Source: Calditrichia bacterium (GTDB taxonomy: Bacteria > Calditrichota > Calditrichia > RBG-13-44-9). From it: DNA of 41,329 nucleotides. This document shows, in pieces, positions 26,250-36,600 of this stretch. Under the pieces are notes generated by a model. It ran no database searches. It was not told the origin of the DNA and saw nothing but the letters and a program-made list of their open reading frames with translations. The translations under genes were made by a program, and so were the position numbers. The first letter of the stretch is position 1, and every line of letters begins with the position of its first letter. The stretch spans positions 1-41,329 of the forward strand of contig JARRQT010000008.1 of the NCBI GenBank assembly GCA_037381445.1. The letters are read 5' to 3'.

Positions 26250-27476
26250 ATGGTCTCTGTCTGCTCTCCGCAAAAATCCGGTCCTGAAGAGATAATCCTG
26301 TACTTCATATTTTCAGTGTTTCTGATTGGCATCTTCTATTCCATTGCCGTTCTGCAAATCGGAGCGGTGCTGTTTTTTATCTTCAGCATTTATATTATTT
26401 ATGAAGATTTTCGAAACCATCGAACCGGTTTCATGGAAATACTGCTCATCCTTTATCTCCTCTCGGCGGTGATTTCCGCCGTTTTTTCGGTTGATCCGGC
26501 GGTTTCATTTCCTGCGCTCATGCGCCCGGTCATCCTTTTCTCACTCCTTCCCATCACATATCTTCTGGAGAGATACAGCAGAATTACGCCCCGTTTCATG
26601 GCTGGCATTTTTGCCTTCGGGGGAGGCACCGTGGCGCTGGAAGGCATCTATCATCATTTTACGGGATTCGAGAGAACCTGGGGCTTTTTCGGGGGATACT
26701 TCACGCTGGCGGCGCTGTTAGCCCTTTCCATTCCTGTTACGGCTGTCTTTATTTTTTCCTCTTCAAGAAAAATCGGAATTCTTTCTGCACTTTCTTTGTT
26801 AGCGCAGCTCGCCGCATTGTGGTGGACCTACACCCGCAGTGCTTTTCTGGCTGTTATTCTGGGATTCGGGGCGGGGCTGGTTTATGAATTTTTCCTGGAG
26901 CGTCGAAACCTGCTGATCAATTACAAATACCGGATTGTGACCCTTCTTCTGGTGCCATTTCTGATTGTCACCTTCATGTTCATGTCCAGCGATCCCCGCA
27001 TCAATCCCCGGGCGCAGGTCCGCGAAAATGCCGCAGGCCAGATGGATATCAGTAGCGGCCGTTCGGGCATTATTGCGGACGGAATACACCTGCTGGAAAA
27101 GGATTGGCAGGGGAATGAATGGGGAAGGCTGCTTTTCGGGCACGGATTGCACAGCAGGAAGATACTTTTCGAAGGTCCCTACCGGAGCTGGGAATCGGAT
27201 TACCTGGAAGTCCTGATCAATCAGGGGGCAGTCGGGCTGGTGCTCATGCTGGGTTTATATCTGGGACTGTTCATGAAAATTTATCGCGTGGTCGGGGCTG
27301 AAAAAATTTCGCGGGAGAACTGGCTGTTTACCGGATATCTGATCAGCGGCGTCGCTTTCTGGATCATGTCGTTCTTGACGCTTCAATTTCAGGGCATTAA
27401 CGGATCGGCCTATTTCGCCCTGTTGTACGGCCTGATGTTCCTTTTTCCCGCTGCGCCTGCGGTTGAAAATAAATAA
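26250..27476 (+). CDS. O-antigen ligase/Wzy_C-like polytopic membrane protein
   Basis: About 11-12 TMs; TYTRSAFLA, SSGR, LFGHG, YLEVLINQGAVG; follows two GT4 genes and an MsbA-like flippase. Confidence 0.78.
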   Translation: MVSVCSPQKSGPEEIILYFIFSVFLIGIFYSIAVLQIGAVLFFIFSIYIIYEDFRNHRTGFMEILLILYLLSAVISAVFSVDPAVSFPALMRPVILFSLLPITYLLERYSRITPRFMAGIFAFGGGTVALEGIYHHFTGFERTWGFFGGYFTLAALLALSIPVTAVFIFSSSRKIGILSALSLLAQLAALWWTYTRSAFLAVILGFGAGLVYEFFLERRNLLINYKYRIVTLLLVPFLIVTFMFMSSDPRINPRAQVRENAAGQMDISSGRSGIIADGIHLLEKDWQGNEWGRLLFGHGLHSRKILFEGPYRSWESDYLEVLINQGAVGLVLMLGLYLGLFMKIYRVVGAEKISRENWLFTGYLISGVAFWIMSFLTLQFQGINGSAYFALLYGLMFLFPAAPAVENK

Positions 27477-27666
27477 AGGTTCCCAATATTTTAGTGCGGA
27501 AGTCATTTATCCATCTTGCGGCATTTATCCAGCCTTCCGTTTATTCACGACAGCTCTTTAATCGGGCCACGTCCCGCCATTTATTCCAAATTAATAGCTC
27601 GCTTCTTTTATCCGCTTTTCCAGGAAAATGATCTGCGGGAACGAATGCTTGCCTAAAATTTATCCC

Positions 27667-27695
27667 TGTAACTTTTGTTTCAATGCTTCATCTAT
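27667..27695 (+). promoter_or_regulatory. putative ECF-sigma promoter of the osmC-like gene
   Basis: TGTAACTT followed by N16 and TCTAT, resembling the GAACTT-N16-TCTRA sigmaE-type consensus. Confidence 0.35.
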
Positions 27696-27752
27696 TAAGG
27701 CGTAGTTAGTGGAAGATGAAGGCTCATATTAATACAAAAGGAGATTTTTTAA

Positions 27753-28166
27753 ATGGAAATGATTATTGATTTTCCCGGTGGATTAAAAGTTGATGCGAAT
27801 TTCGGCCCCTATGCGGTGAAGACGGACCAGCCCGGAATGAACGGTACTCCCGGTTCGGCGCCGACACCCTTTGCAACATTTCTGGCTTCTATCGGAACCT
27901 GTGCCGGTATTTATGTTTTGGGTTTCTGCCGCCAGAGAGGGCTTTCTGCGGAAGGTATCCGGATTATACAGAGAATGCACAGCAATCCCTATACGGGACT
28001 GGTCGGCAAGGTTGATCTCGAGATTCAGGTTCCTCCTGAATTCCCTGAAAAATATCATGCGGCGCTGGTACGGGCTGCGGACCAGTGCGCGGTGAAAAAA
28101 CATTTTGAAAATCCGCCCGAGTTCGATGTTTATACCAAAGCGTTGAATACCGTGGAGGCCGAATAA
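27753..28166 (+). CDS. OsmC-family protein
   Basis: TDQP, PTPF..FLASIGTCAG, second Cys in DQCAVKKH; AGGAG SD. Confidence 0.9.
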   Translation: MEMIIDFPGGLKVDANFGPYAVKTDQPGMNGTPGSAPTPFATFLASIGTCAGIYVLGFCRQRGLSAEGIRIIQRMHSNPYTGLVGKVDLEIQVPPEFPEKYHAALVRAADQCAVKKHFENPPEFDVYTKALNTVEAE

Positions 28167-28238
28167 AGAAACTGACTAAAATGCTGCGCAGAAGAGGCGC
28201 GGCCGTAAGAAAATGAGGGAATGGTTCAAGTAAGGTGG

Positions 28239-28271
28239 AAATCCGGAGGCGTCATGCTTCCGGATTTTTTT
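28239..28271 (+). terminator. intrinsic terminator between convergent genes
   Basis: AAATCCGGAGGC-gtcat-GCTTCCGGATTT plus T-tract. Confidence 0.8.
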
Positions 28272-28348
28272 ATGGTGAAAATTGAAGTTGATTTCTTTCC
28301 GAAAAAGCACGTTCTTCACATAACTTTCCGGAGTACCTCATTCCATTT

Positions 28349-29974
28349 TTAAATCTGAAATGAATAGGTATCGATGCCGCTGGCCCCGTCGGGGAAGGAA
28401 CTCTCCGATTTCAAAATCTGCAGTTTGCCGTCACCGTCATAAGCCCTGACCCGGGCGATATGCTTCCCCTTTTTTGGAGGATAGTTGTATCGCCACTGTA
28501 CCCAAGTCAGGGGACTCAGCGGCGGATCGCGAAGCTCGGCCTGCACCCACGGGCCGTCATCAATCTGTATCTCCACTTTGCTGATTCCCCGGCCGCCGGC
28601 CCAGGCGATTCCCCCGATGGGAATCAGGTCCGCGCCGGGCTCTGCGGTCTTCTCATCCACAGTATCAATCACCGATGTGGTTCTGGCAACGGCCTGTTTG
28701 CTCCAGCCGTTATCTTCCCAAAATCCGAAATGGGCGGAGTCCGGTTTTGCAATGGCCCGAATGTGGATGATCCATTTGGGCTGTTTCATCCCGTACAGGT
28801 CGGGGATGTAAATGCGCAGCGGAAAACCGTGGGCCGGAGGGAGCGATTTGCCATTCATCTCAAAAACCAGAATGGTCCTCTCATCTTCTATAGCCTGCGG
28901 GCTCACCGATTCATAAAAACCGTCCACCGACTCGATAAACGCCCAGTTGGCCTCCGGCTTCACGCCGGCCCTTTTCAGCATCTCCTTCAGCGGGACGCCC
29001 CGGACCATGGCGGTGCTGATCAGGTCTCCGCCCACCGGATTGGAAATGCACGACAGCGTAATGTATTGCGCAATGGCCGGCATGGACTTAACCTCCGCCA
29101 TAGTGAGATTCAGCGGAGTATCGACCAGCCCGTCTATTTTCAGCCGCCAGGTGTTCTCATCCACCGGGGGCAGTCCGGTATTGATATCCACCCGGTAAAA
29201 ATCGCGGTTGGTGGTCACCTCGAGACGGGTGCCGGGCGCCGGGGGGATTCTTTGTTCCAGCACCTTCAACGGGGGAGAGGCCGCTGGACCGGAAGTCTGC
29301 GAGGGATCGATCAGGGTTGAGACTTCTTCGGGAACGCTTTCCGCTTTTCTTCTGCTCAGCAGCACATTCACCCCGGCGAAGGCCCCGATGATGATAGCCA
29401 CGATGCTTGTTCCGCCGAGATAAAGGAAGGTTCTGCGCACCCTGCTGAAACCGGCGGTTTCGGCCCTGCCCGTTCCGAAAATCTGCAGCAGCGAGAGACC
29501 CAGCACAAATCCCCAGAGAGCAAAAATAACGAATAGCCATAGGATTTTGGTGGTTGGTTTCTGCTGCAGATTCCCAAGCCCAGACTCAATAAACAGGAAG
29601 GCAATAAACCACAGTACGCCGGCCAGGAATCCGGTGGAAATGGATTTGTTCCAGTCTTTTTTGGAAAAGAATGCCGTTAAAATGATGCCCAGTATTCCTG
29701 CAATCAGAATAAACAGGATTAATGAGACAATCTGCTCTGCGAATTTCGCGGTGCCTGCCGTGGGGCCCAGGTGGAGTCCGCGGATGACCGCAATCATCAG
29801 GTCTATAAAGAAAGAACTGATTCTGGCAGGAAGGATCCGCGCCAGATAGTCAAAGAGATCGAAAGGGGCGAAAGGAATGGCAAAGAAATAATTTCCCAGG
29901 TAACTGAGAAAAATGAGGGGAATGCTGAGAACCGCACCAAGCAGAAAACCTGTCGCAAAATGTATCAGCTTCAT
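28349..29974 (-). CDS. membrane-bound sulfite-oxidase-family molybdopterin oxidoreductase
   Basis: GGAG SD before ATG 29974; N-terminal TMs; DFYRVDIN, WRLKIDGLV, TLSCISN (Mo-ligating Cys), HGFPLR, YGMKQPKW, GFWEDNGW; C-terminal dimerisation domain GIAWAGGRGISKVE. Confidence 0.9.
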   Translation of the reverse strand: MKLIHFATGFLLGAVLSIPLIFLSYLGNYFFAIPFAPFDLFDYLARILPARISSFFIDLMIAVIRGLHLGPTAGTAKFAEQIVSLILFILIAGILGIILTAFFSKKDWNKSISTGFLAGVLWFIAFLFIESGLGNLQQKPTTKILWLFVIFALWGFVLGLSLLQIFGTGRAETAGFSRVRRTFLYLGGTSIVAIIIGAFAGVNVLLSRRKAESVPEEVSTLIDPSQTSGPAASPPLKVLEQRIPPAPGTRLEVTTNRDFYRVDINTGLPPVDENTWRLKIDGLVDTPLNLTMAEVKSMPAIAQYITLSCISNPVGGDLISTAMVRGVPLKEMLKRAGVKPEANWAFIESVDGFYESVSPQAIEDERTILVFEMNGKSLPPAHGFPLRIYIPDLYGMKQPKWIIHIRAIAKPDSAHFGFWEDNGWSKQAVARTTSVIDTVDEKTAEPGADLIPIGGIAWAGGRGISKVEIQIDDGPWVQAELRDPPLSPLTWVQWRYNYPPKKGKHIARVRAYDGDGKLQILKSESSFPDGASGIDTYSFQI

Positions 29975-30077
29975 TATGGTCTCCGCAAATTTTAGGTGTG
30001 ACTGCGGGAAAATCTTCGGCACAATGTGGATCAGCCTTCTAACTGCTCCTTCACTTCAATTGTTGCACCTTTACCGG

Positions 30078-30106
30078 AGTATAAGCAAAATTGGTGAAAG
30101 AAACAA
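30078..30106 (-). promoter_or_regulatory. putative sigma70 promoter of the molybdoenzyme gene
   Basis: Minus strand TTGTTT-N17-TATACT. Confidence 0.4.
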
Positions 30107-30236
30107 AAATTTGCGGTGCAAGAACAAAAGAAAATTCAATGTTCTCCCATAGCTTTTTCTTCGGTGCAATGTAAAGGCAAAAAAATTTAGCATGATAGGA
30201 AAATCCCGGCTGGCACTCACTTTTGCAGATTCCGGT

Positions 30237-30446
30237 TTATTTTCCCCGGGGACGGCCGGGACTTCCCAGCAGGCGGGCAGGCAGCATAAAAATGGCCCGG
30301 ATAAACTCCAGAATTCCGCCGACCGCAAAACCCAAAATTCTAAACGGTATCAGCAGCAGCCAGATCAGGGGGTACAAAATCAGCGCCAGAATTGCCAGCG
30401 GCCAGGAAATGACCAGCAGGATAAGCCAGAGCAAAACTTTGATCAA
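30237..30446 (-). CDS. small hydrophobic membrane protein, unknown function
   Basis: TTG start 8 nt after GAGGT SD; LLWLILLVISWPLAILALILYPLIWLLLIPFR...LPARLL. Confidence 0.7.
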   Translation of the reverse strand: MIKVLLWLILLVISWPLAILALILYPLIWLLLIPFRILGFAVGGILEFIRAIFMLPARLLGSPGRPRGK

Positions 30447-30846
30447 TTTAATTTACCTCATTTTAAAATTGAACGATTCCATGCCGTTTGAATTTGTTGC
30501 TTCCCGAAATTTTTTCTCAAAACAAATTTCGTTTATCATTCAATTCCATTAAATACCGCTAAAATCTGTACCATGTTTCATGCTTTTTTAATATATTATG
30601 GGGCATATTTTTCTCAGAAGAAAAAGCTGCCCCTGCCCCGCGAAGGAGGTATGCAGCAAAAGGAGAAATTGCTATTCCCATAATCCGGACATTTCCATTT
30701 ATCATGGGCTGATTTTTCTTAGCGAATCGGATAAAGTGAACGGAAATAAAGATATGGTTTCCCGGAACAAATGATTGAAAATAAAAATAATATATGGGAT
30801 TTTAAGCGCGAAGCGGTTTAAATTTAGTCCAAAAATGATAGTTTGA

Positions 30847-31812
30847 ATGACAGCAAAAACGACCAGTGATTTTTCCCCGGCGGATGTGCCCGATGTGCAG
30901 GTGAAAGAAGTCCGCAAATATTTTAAAGATGTGAAGGCTGTGGATGGGATCAGCCTCCAGATTAAGAGCGGTGAGTTCGTGGCCCTCCTGGGACCCAACG
31001 GCGCCGGCAAAACCACCCTGGTGGAAATGATCGAGGGCATCCAGAAACCTGATTCCGGCGAGATTCTGATTCAGGGAAAGAGCTGGCGCGGCCATGAAGA
31101 TGAACTCCGCTATATCCTGGGAATTTCTTTGCAGGAAACTTTCTTTTTCGATAAACTCACCGTTCTTGAAACCCTTAATCTGTTTGCGAGTTTCTACCGC
31201 CTGGGTACGGAGCGGATTGAATATATCCTGGATTTGATCCATCTGGGAGAAAAAAAGGATGTGTATGTGGTCCACCTCTCCGGCGGACAGAAGCAGAAAC
31301 TTGCGCTGGGAATCGCGCTGCTGAACAAGGCCAAGATTCTGCTGCTGGATGAACCGACCACCGGGCTGGATCCCTCTGCCCGCCGCGAAATATGGAATAT
31401 CCTGATGAAACTGAAACATGAGACCCAGACCTCTCTCATCCTGACCAGCCATTATATGGAAGAAGCCGAGTTCCTGTGCGATCGTATTATTATTGTGGAC
31501 AAAGGCAAAATACTCGCCAGCGGGACAATGGACGATCTGCTGGCCGCCCACAACGGCAGCCATCTTATTGAGATCAGCATTGAAAAAAAGCTGTCGCCGG
31601 AAGAATACCTTAAGCTGAAAGCCATACAGAATCTGCAGTGGGATGAGCGCTCCGGCAAAGGAGTGATCCCGGTCAGGAATACCGCCAAAGATTTGCCGGT
31701 CATTCTGGATAAGATCAAACAGCAGCACCTGACATTGAAGTCGCTGGAATGCCGCAGAATGACCCTGGATGACCTTTTTATTTCCATGACCGGACGGCAT
31801 TTGAATCCCTGA
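30847..31812 (+). CDS. ABC-2 type exporter ATP-binding subunit
   Basis: GPNGAGKTT, LSGGQKQK, LLLDEPTTGLDP, TSHYMEEAE, TLDDLFISMTG. Confidence 0.95.
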   Translation: MTAKTTSDFSPADVPDVQVKEVRKYFKDVKAVDGISLQIKSGEFVALLGPNGAGKTTLVEMIEGIQKPDSGEILIQGKSWRGHEDELRYILGISLQETFFFDKLTVLETLNLFASFYRLGTERIEYILDLIHLGEKKDVYVVHLSGGQKQKLALGIALLNKAKILLLDEPTTGLDPSARREIWNILMKLKHETQTSLILTSHYMEEAEFLCDRIIIVDKGKILASGTMDDLLAAHNGSHLIEISIEKKLSPEEYLKLKAIQNLQWDERSGKGVIPVRNTAKDLPVILDKIKQQHLTLKSLECRRMTLDDLFISMTGRHLNP

Positions 31813-31822
31813 TTTAAAACGA

Positions 31823-32947
31823 GTGAAAAATATTCGTATGAAAAGACCTTTGTTTCAACTGATTCTGATTCAGTTTAAGGAGTATTACCGCGAACCGGGC
31901 ATCATCTTCTGGTCCATTATTTTTCCGATTCTCATTGCCTGGGGCCTGGGAATTGCCTTCACCAACAAGGGCGAATTGATCAAAAATATTGCGGTGGTGG
32001 AGAATTCAGCGGCGCCGGTGCCGGTTCTGCGGAATTTTCTGAAAGACGCCAAAAAAGAAGTCGTGCGGCGCGATGACCAATCGGAGATCAACTTGGAAAA
32101 AAGGGTGGATGAGGGAAAGCTGGGAACGATCCGCTACAATTTTATGATAACCAACTGGGACAATGCCATTCTGCTCCTCAAGCGGGGCGTGGTGCCGCTG
32201 ATCATAGAAGAAAAGGATGGCAAACTCGAATATCATTTCGATCCCATGAACACCGACGCCCAGTTGACCTATCTCCAGGTATCCGGCGCCATTACCAATA
32301 GCAGACTGGTGGAGAATCCCGCTGACATCATTCCGCTCACCAAAAAGGGGACTCGATATATCGATTTTTTGATCCCCGGGCTCATCGCTATGGGACTGAT
32401 GATGTCCACCATGTGGGGGATCAGCTACTCACTGATTGAAAAACGCGCCAAAAAACTGCTGCGGCGCATGCTGGCGACCCCGATGAAGAAATCCAGTTTC
32501 CTGATATCCCAATTCCTGGCCAGAATAGTTTTGACGACCATGGAGGCATTTCTGCTCTACCTGTTCGCACATTACTATTTTGGAATTACTATAGAAGGAA
32601 GCCTGGTTGGACTGGCGCTCATTTTCTTTGCCGGTATGATCGCCTTCACGGGAATTGCCATTTTCGTTTCTGCGCGCACTTCAAAAACCGAGATCGGGAA
32701 CGGCCTGATAAACGCGGTGGTCATGCCCATGATGATCCTCTCCGGCATTTTTTTCAGCTACCATAATTTCCCCAAGGCGGTCATTCCCATTATTCAGGTG
32801 CTGCCTCTTACCATGCTGGCAGACGGCATTCGCAGCATCTTCATCGAGGGAGCCGGTCTTCACGAACTGGCAGTGGAAATTGTGACTTTGTCGGGGGTAG
32901 GCATAGTCTTCTTTCTGGCTGGATTGAGAATTTACAGGTGGTATTGA
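31823..32947 (+). CDS. ABC-2 type exporter permease
   Basis: REPGIIFWSIIFP, RYIDFLIPGL, LATP, LSGIFF, LPLT. Confidence 0.93.
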   Translation: MKNIRMKRPLFQLILIQFKEYYREPGIIFWSIIFPILIAWGLGIAFTNKGELIKNIAVVENSAAPVPVLRNFLKDAKKEVVRRDDQSEINLEKRVDEGKLGTIRYNFMITNWDNAILLLKRGVVPLIIEEKDGKLEYHFDPMNTDAQLTYLQVSGAITNSRLVENPADIIPLTKKGTRYIDFLIPGLIAMGLMMSTMWGISYSLIEKRAKKLLRRMLATPMKKSSFLISQFLARIVLTTMEAFLLYLFAHYYFGITIEGSLVGLALIFFAGMIAFTGIAIFVSARTSKTEIGNGLINAVVMPMMILSGIFFSYHNFPKAVIPIIQVLPLTMLADGIRSIFIEGAGLHELAVEIVTLSGVGIVFFLAGLRIYRWY

Positions 32948-33609
32948 ATTATTCATCCACACATGCATTTTAAGTATCTTACGTCTGTCTCAATGCCATC
33001 TTTCATTTTTTGATGGAAGGCCCTCCTTAAATGCAATTTTCAAAAATTGACATCAGAGCCTTTCATAAAAGCGCAGGCGGATGAAAGACGCATGATCGGA
33101 AGTGCACCGATGATCCCCGGCAAGTCCGGCTGCCAACCAACTGAATTTTATACAAAAGCCTGCAGGATTCCGCCAAATTCTATTTCCATTATTTGTTTAT
33201 TTATTGTATATTTAAAATGTTTGATATATTCGGCTTGCATAAAAGAACTGTTTCATCGATAATCTTTTTTATGATTACTCTGCTGTCCTGATTGAATTGA
33301 GTCTCCGCCGGAACAAAGATCACATCCTTTGAGGTATTTTCCCAGTTATGGGTGAGCAGATTTTGATGGGCGGCAGAGCAAACTCGTATAACATTTAATG
33401 TTGTCTCGTTTTCAAAAGCCGCGGTTTTCACTTTCAGCAACAGAGATGTGGTGAACATTTCGAGCCACCATATCGGTTTCAGCATCAGTTTTTTAATCAA
33501 AAAGATATTTCTAATCCTGCGTTTTCTGAGCAGCAATGCTATTTAAGAGAACGGTCGCATTTGAACGGATTTAAATGGCATTAACTTCCAGCATATTCCG
33601 GAGAAAAGA

Positions 33610-36600
33610 ATGAATACCAGCAAACAAAACCGGATAGTTGTGGTCAGTTTCTTTCTGGCCCTGGTAATTTTAACAGTAAGTAACTTGATGTCTTTCCGGT
33701 CCAGTTCGGCTGCTTCTGATACGAATCACAGGGTAAAGGATACCTATGATTTGCTGATCACTATGCGATCGACTTTAAGCACGCTGCAGGATGCGGAGAC
33801 CGGGGTACGCGGGTATGTCATCACGGGGGAAGAACATTATCTGGGACCCTACCATCGCGCACTATCTGTTATCGATGAAAAGCTGGGGGCAATAAGCCAG
33901 CTATCCCACCATGCCGCTTTCGATATCCGAAGTCTGGATACACTCCAAATCCTGACTTCGCTCAAGCTGGCTTACCTGGAGAAAAAAATTGCAGCAAGGA
34001 GAAGCCAAGGTTTCGAAGAAGCTCGTCTGATGACCCTGACTGACGAAGGAAAAAACGAAATGGACCAGATCCGTGCCTTGCTGGCGCGAATTCAGAACAA
34101 AGAAGAGGCAACGTTAGCCAAAAATCTGGTGCTGGGACTTAAATATACCCATCGGGAAAATTTTCTGAAGTCTGCCGCAACATTCTTCAGTTTTATTTTG
34201 CTCCTGCTGGCCTTCTCACTGCTTGCTATCCAGCTGCGGCAGCAGCGTAACACGGAAAAGATTCTTCGCAGCGTCAATGAGAGATTTTCACTGCTGGTGA
34301 ACGGCGTCAAAGAGTATGCGCTGTGTTTACTGGATCCTGAGGGAAGAGTTGTTGGCTGGAATAAGGGGGCGGAGCGCCTGATGGGTTACAGGGAGGAAAA
34401 CATTTTAAATTCTCATAATTCCTGTTTTTATCCGGAGGAGGAGATTCGGGATGGCAGGCCGGATCTATTACTGAAAGTTGCTGCCGAAACAGGGCGACAT
34501 GAGGAAGAAGGCTGGCGGTTGCGAAAAGACGGCTCCCGGTTCTGGGCCAGTGAACTGGTTACGCCCCTGAGAGATCCGCAGGGCGCTCTGGAGGGTTACG
34601 CGAAATTGACCCGTGACCTGACTCTGCAGAAAGAAATGGAAGGAACGGTTCAGATACGGGCCGAGCAGCAGGCAGCCATTGCAGAGCTGGGACAGAAAGC
34701 GCTGGAAGGCACCGACCTGAATTTATTGATGGAAGAGACCGTCTATGTGGTTGCCGAAATCCTGGATGTGGATTATTGCAAAATTTTGGAGCTTCTACCT
34801 TCCGGTACAAAACTGCTGCTCAAGGCTGGTGTGGGTTGGAAGGAGGGGTACGTGGGGAAGGCGTATGTGGAGGCTGAAATAAATTCACAGGCAGCATTTA
34901 CCCTTAAAACCAATTCGCCCGTCATCGTAGAGAATTTGAACAGTGAGACCCGCTTTTCCGTCCCGGCCCTGCTGCGGGAACACCAGGTGGTTAGTGGAGT
35001 GAGTGTCATCATTCCCGGGGAAAAGCAGCCTTATGGTGTGCTGGGGATTCACACCAGAACACATCGGAAATTCAGCGAAGATGACATTTATTTCCTGCTG
35101 GCGGTTGCCAACATTCTGAGCACCGCCATTGGCCGTAAAAACGCCGAGGAAAATTTGCGTATCAAAGACAGCGCCATCGAATCGTCTCTGAATGCCATTG
35201 CCCTGGGGGATTTGAATGGTATAATTTCATATGCTAATCCTTCATTTCAGAAGATGTGGGGGTATGATTCATTCGACGAAATTATCGGCAAAAACATACT
35301 GGAATTCTGGCAGGAAAAAGAAGCTGCCCAAAATGTTATGAATGTCGTCCTCTCCCGGGGATCCTGGTCGGGAGAGCTGAAGGGAAAAAGAAAAAACGGT
35401 TCGGTTTTCGATACTCAGCTAAGCAGCACGGTGGTAAGGGACAAAAATGGCCAGCCTTTACGCGCCATGGCTTCCATCATGGATATAACCCCGCGTAAAA
35501 AAATGGAATCAGCCCTGCGGGAAAGTGAGCTCTCTTACCGGACGCTGGCGGAAAATCTTCCGGGCATTGTCTACCGGGTATACCTCCGGGAAAAGCACCG
35601 TATGCAGTTCTTTAACAGGGCAGCCTCCCAAATTACGGGATATACTGAAGAAGAATTAAAATCCGGTGAGGTCTGCTCACTGGATCCGTTGATTCTCCCC
35701 GAAGACCGTTCGGGAGTTGTGGCAGAAGTCAGGAACGCTGTTCGGGAGAAAAGACCGTTTAAAATAGAATACCGGCTCAGGCACAAGGACGGTAGCATCC
35801 GTTATTTATTGGAACAGGGCATCCCGGTTGCGAACGGGGACGGAAAAGTCTGGTGCATCGACGGTATTGTGAATGACATTACCGAACGCAGGGAAGCTGA
35901 AAAGAAGCAAAGAGAGCAGGCGGAGATGCTGAGCACCATTATCAAAAATATCCCGGTGATGATTACCAGGTATGATGCTGCAGGTAACATTCATCTTTTG
36001 AATAATGAATTTGAACGGCTGACAGGTTACACAACAGAGGAACTGCCGGGAGTGAATTTGATGGAATTGTGTTATCCCGACCCCGATTACCGTCAGGAAG
36101 TCTGGAACTATATGGCGTCAGCGCAACCCGGCTGGCGGGATTTAAATATTACTACCCGTTACGGAAATAAGCTGAAAAGTGCCTGGGCCAATGTGAGGCT
36201 TTCCGATGGTTCGCAGATTGGTATCGGGATCGATGTGGGAGAGCAGCGCAAGGCGGAGGCCATGCTCAGGGAGCAGGCGCAGGTCATCGATCAAATCCAT
36301 GACGGGGTGATCTCCACTGATCTGGATGGCTTTGTGACCAGCTGGAATAAGGGAGCGGAACGGATTTTTGGATACAACGCAAGGGAAATGATCGGCAAAC
36401 ATATTTCAAATGTATATTCCAAAGATCAGCACGAATTTCTTGAAAAAGAAATTGTAGTACCTCTTAAAGAGAAAGGGAACCATGATGTTGTGGTGAGAAT
36501 GCGTCACAAATCGGGAAGACCGTTTTATGCCCATCTTGTCCTTTCGCTGCTCCGGGATGAGGATGGGAAGCTAAAAGGCATGATCGGATATACGCAGGAC

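Noticed and set aside
29975..30077. Possible Moco riboswitch in the molybdoenzyme leader
   Set aside because: I could not see the conserved Moco RNA elements; an Infernal scan would settle it.
30063..30169. CGGTGCAA repeated at 30114 and 30162 with an inverted TTGCACC at 30063
   Set aside because: Short, irregularly spaced and compatible with chance.
32948..33609. 660-nt gap containing ORFs 33047-33262 (+) and 33201-33536 (-)
   Set aside because: No SD, motif, repeat or RNA structure that I can support; treated as promoter/intergenic DNA.
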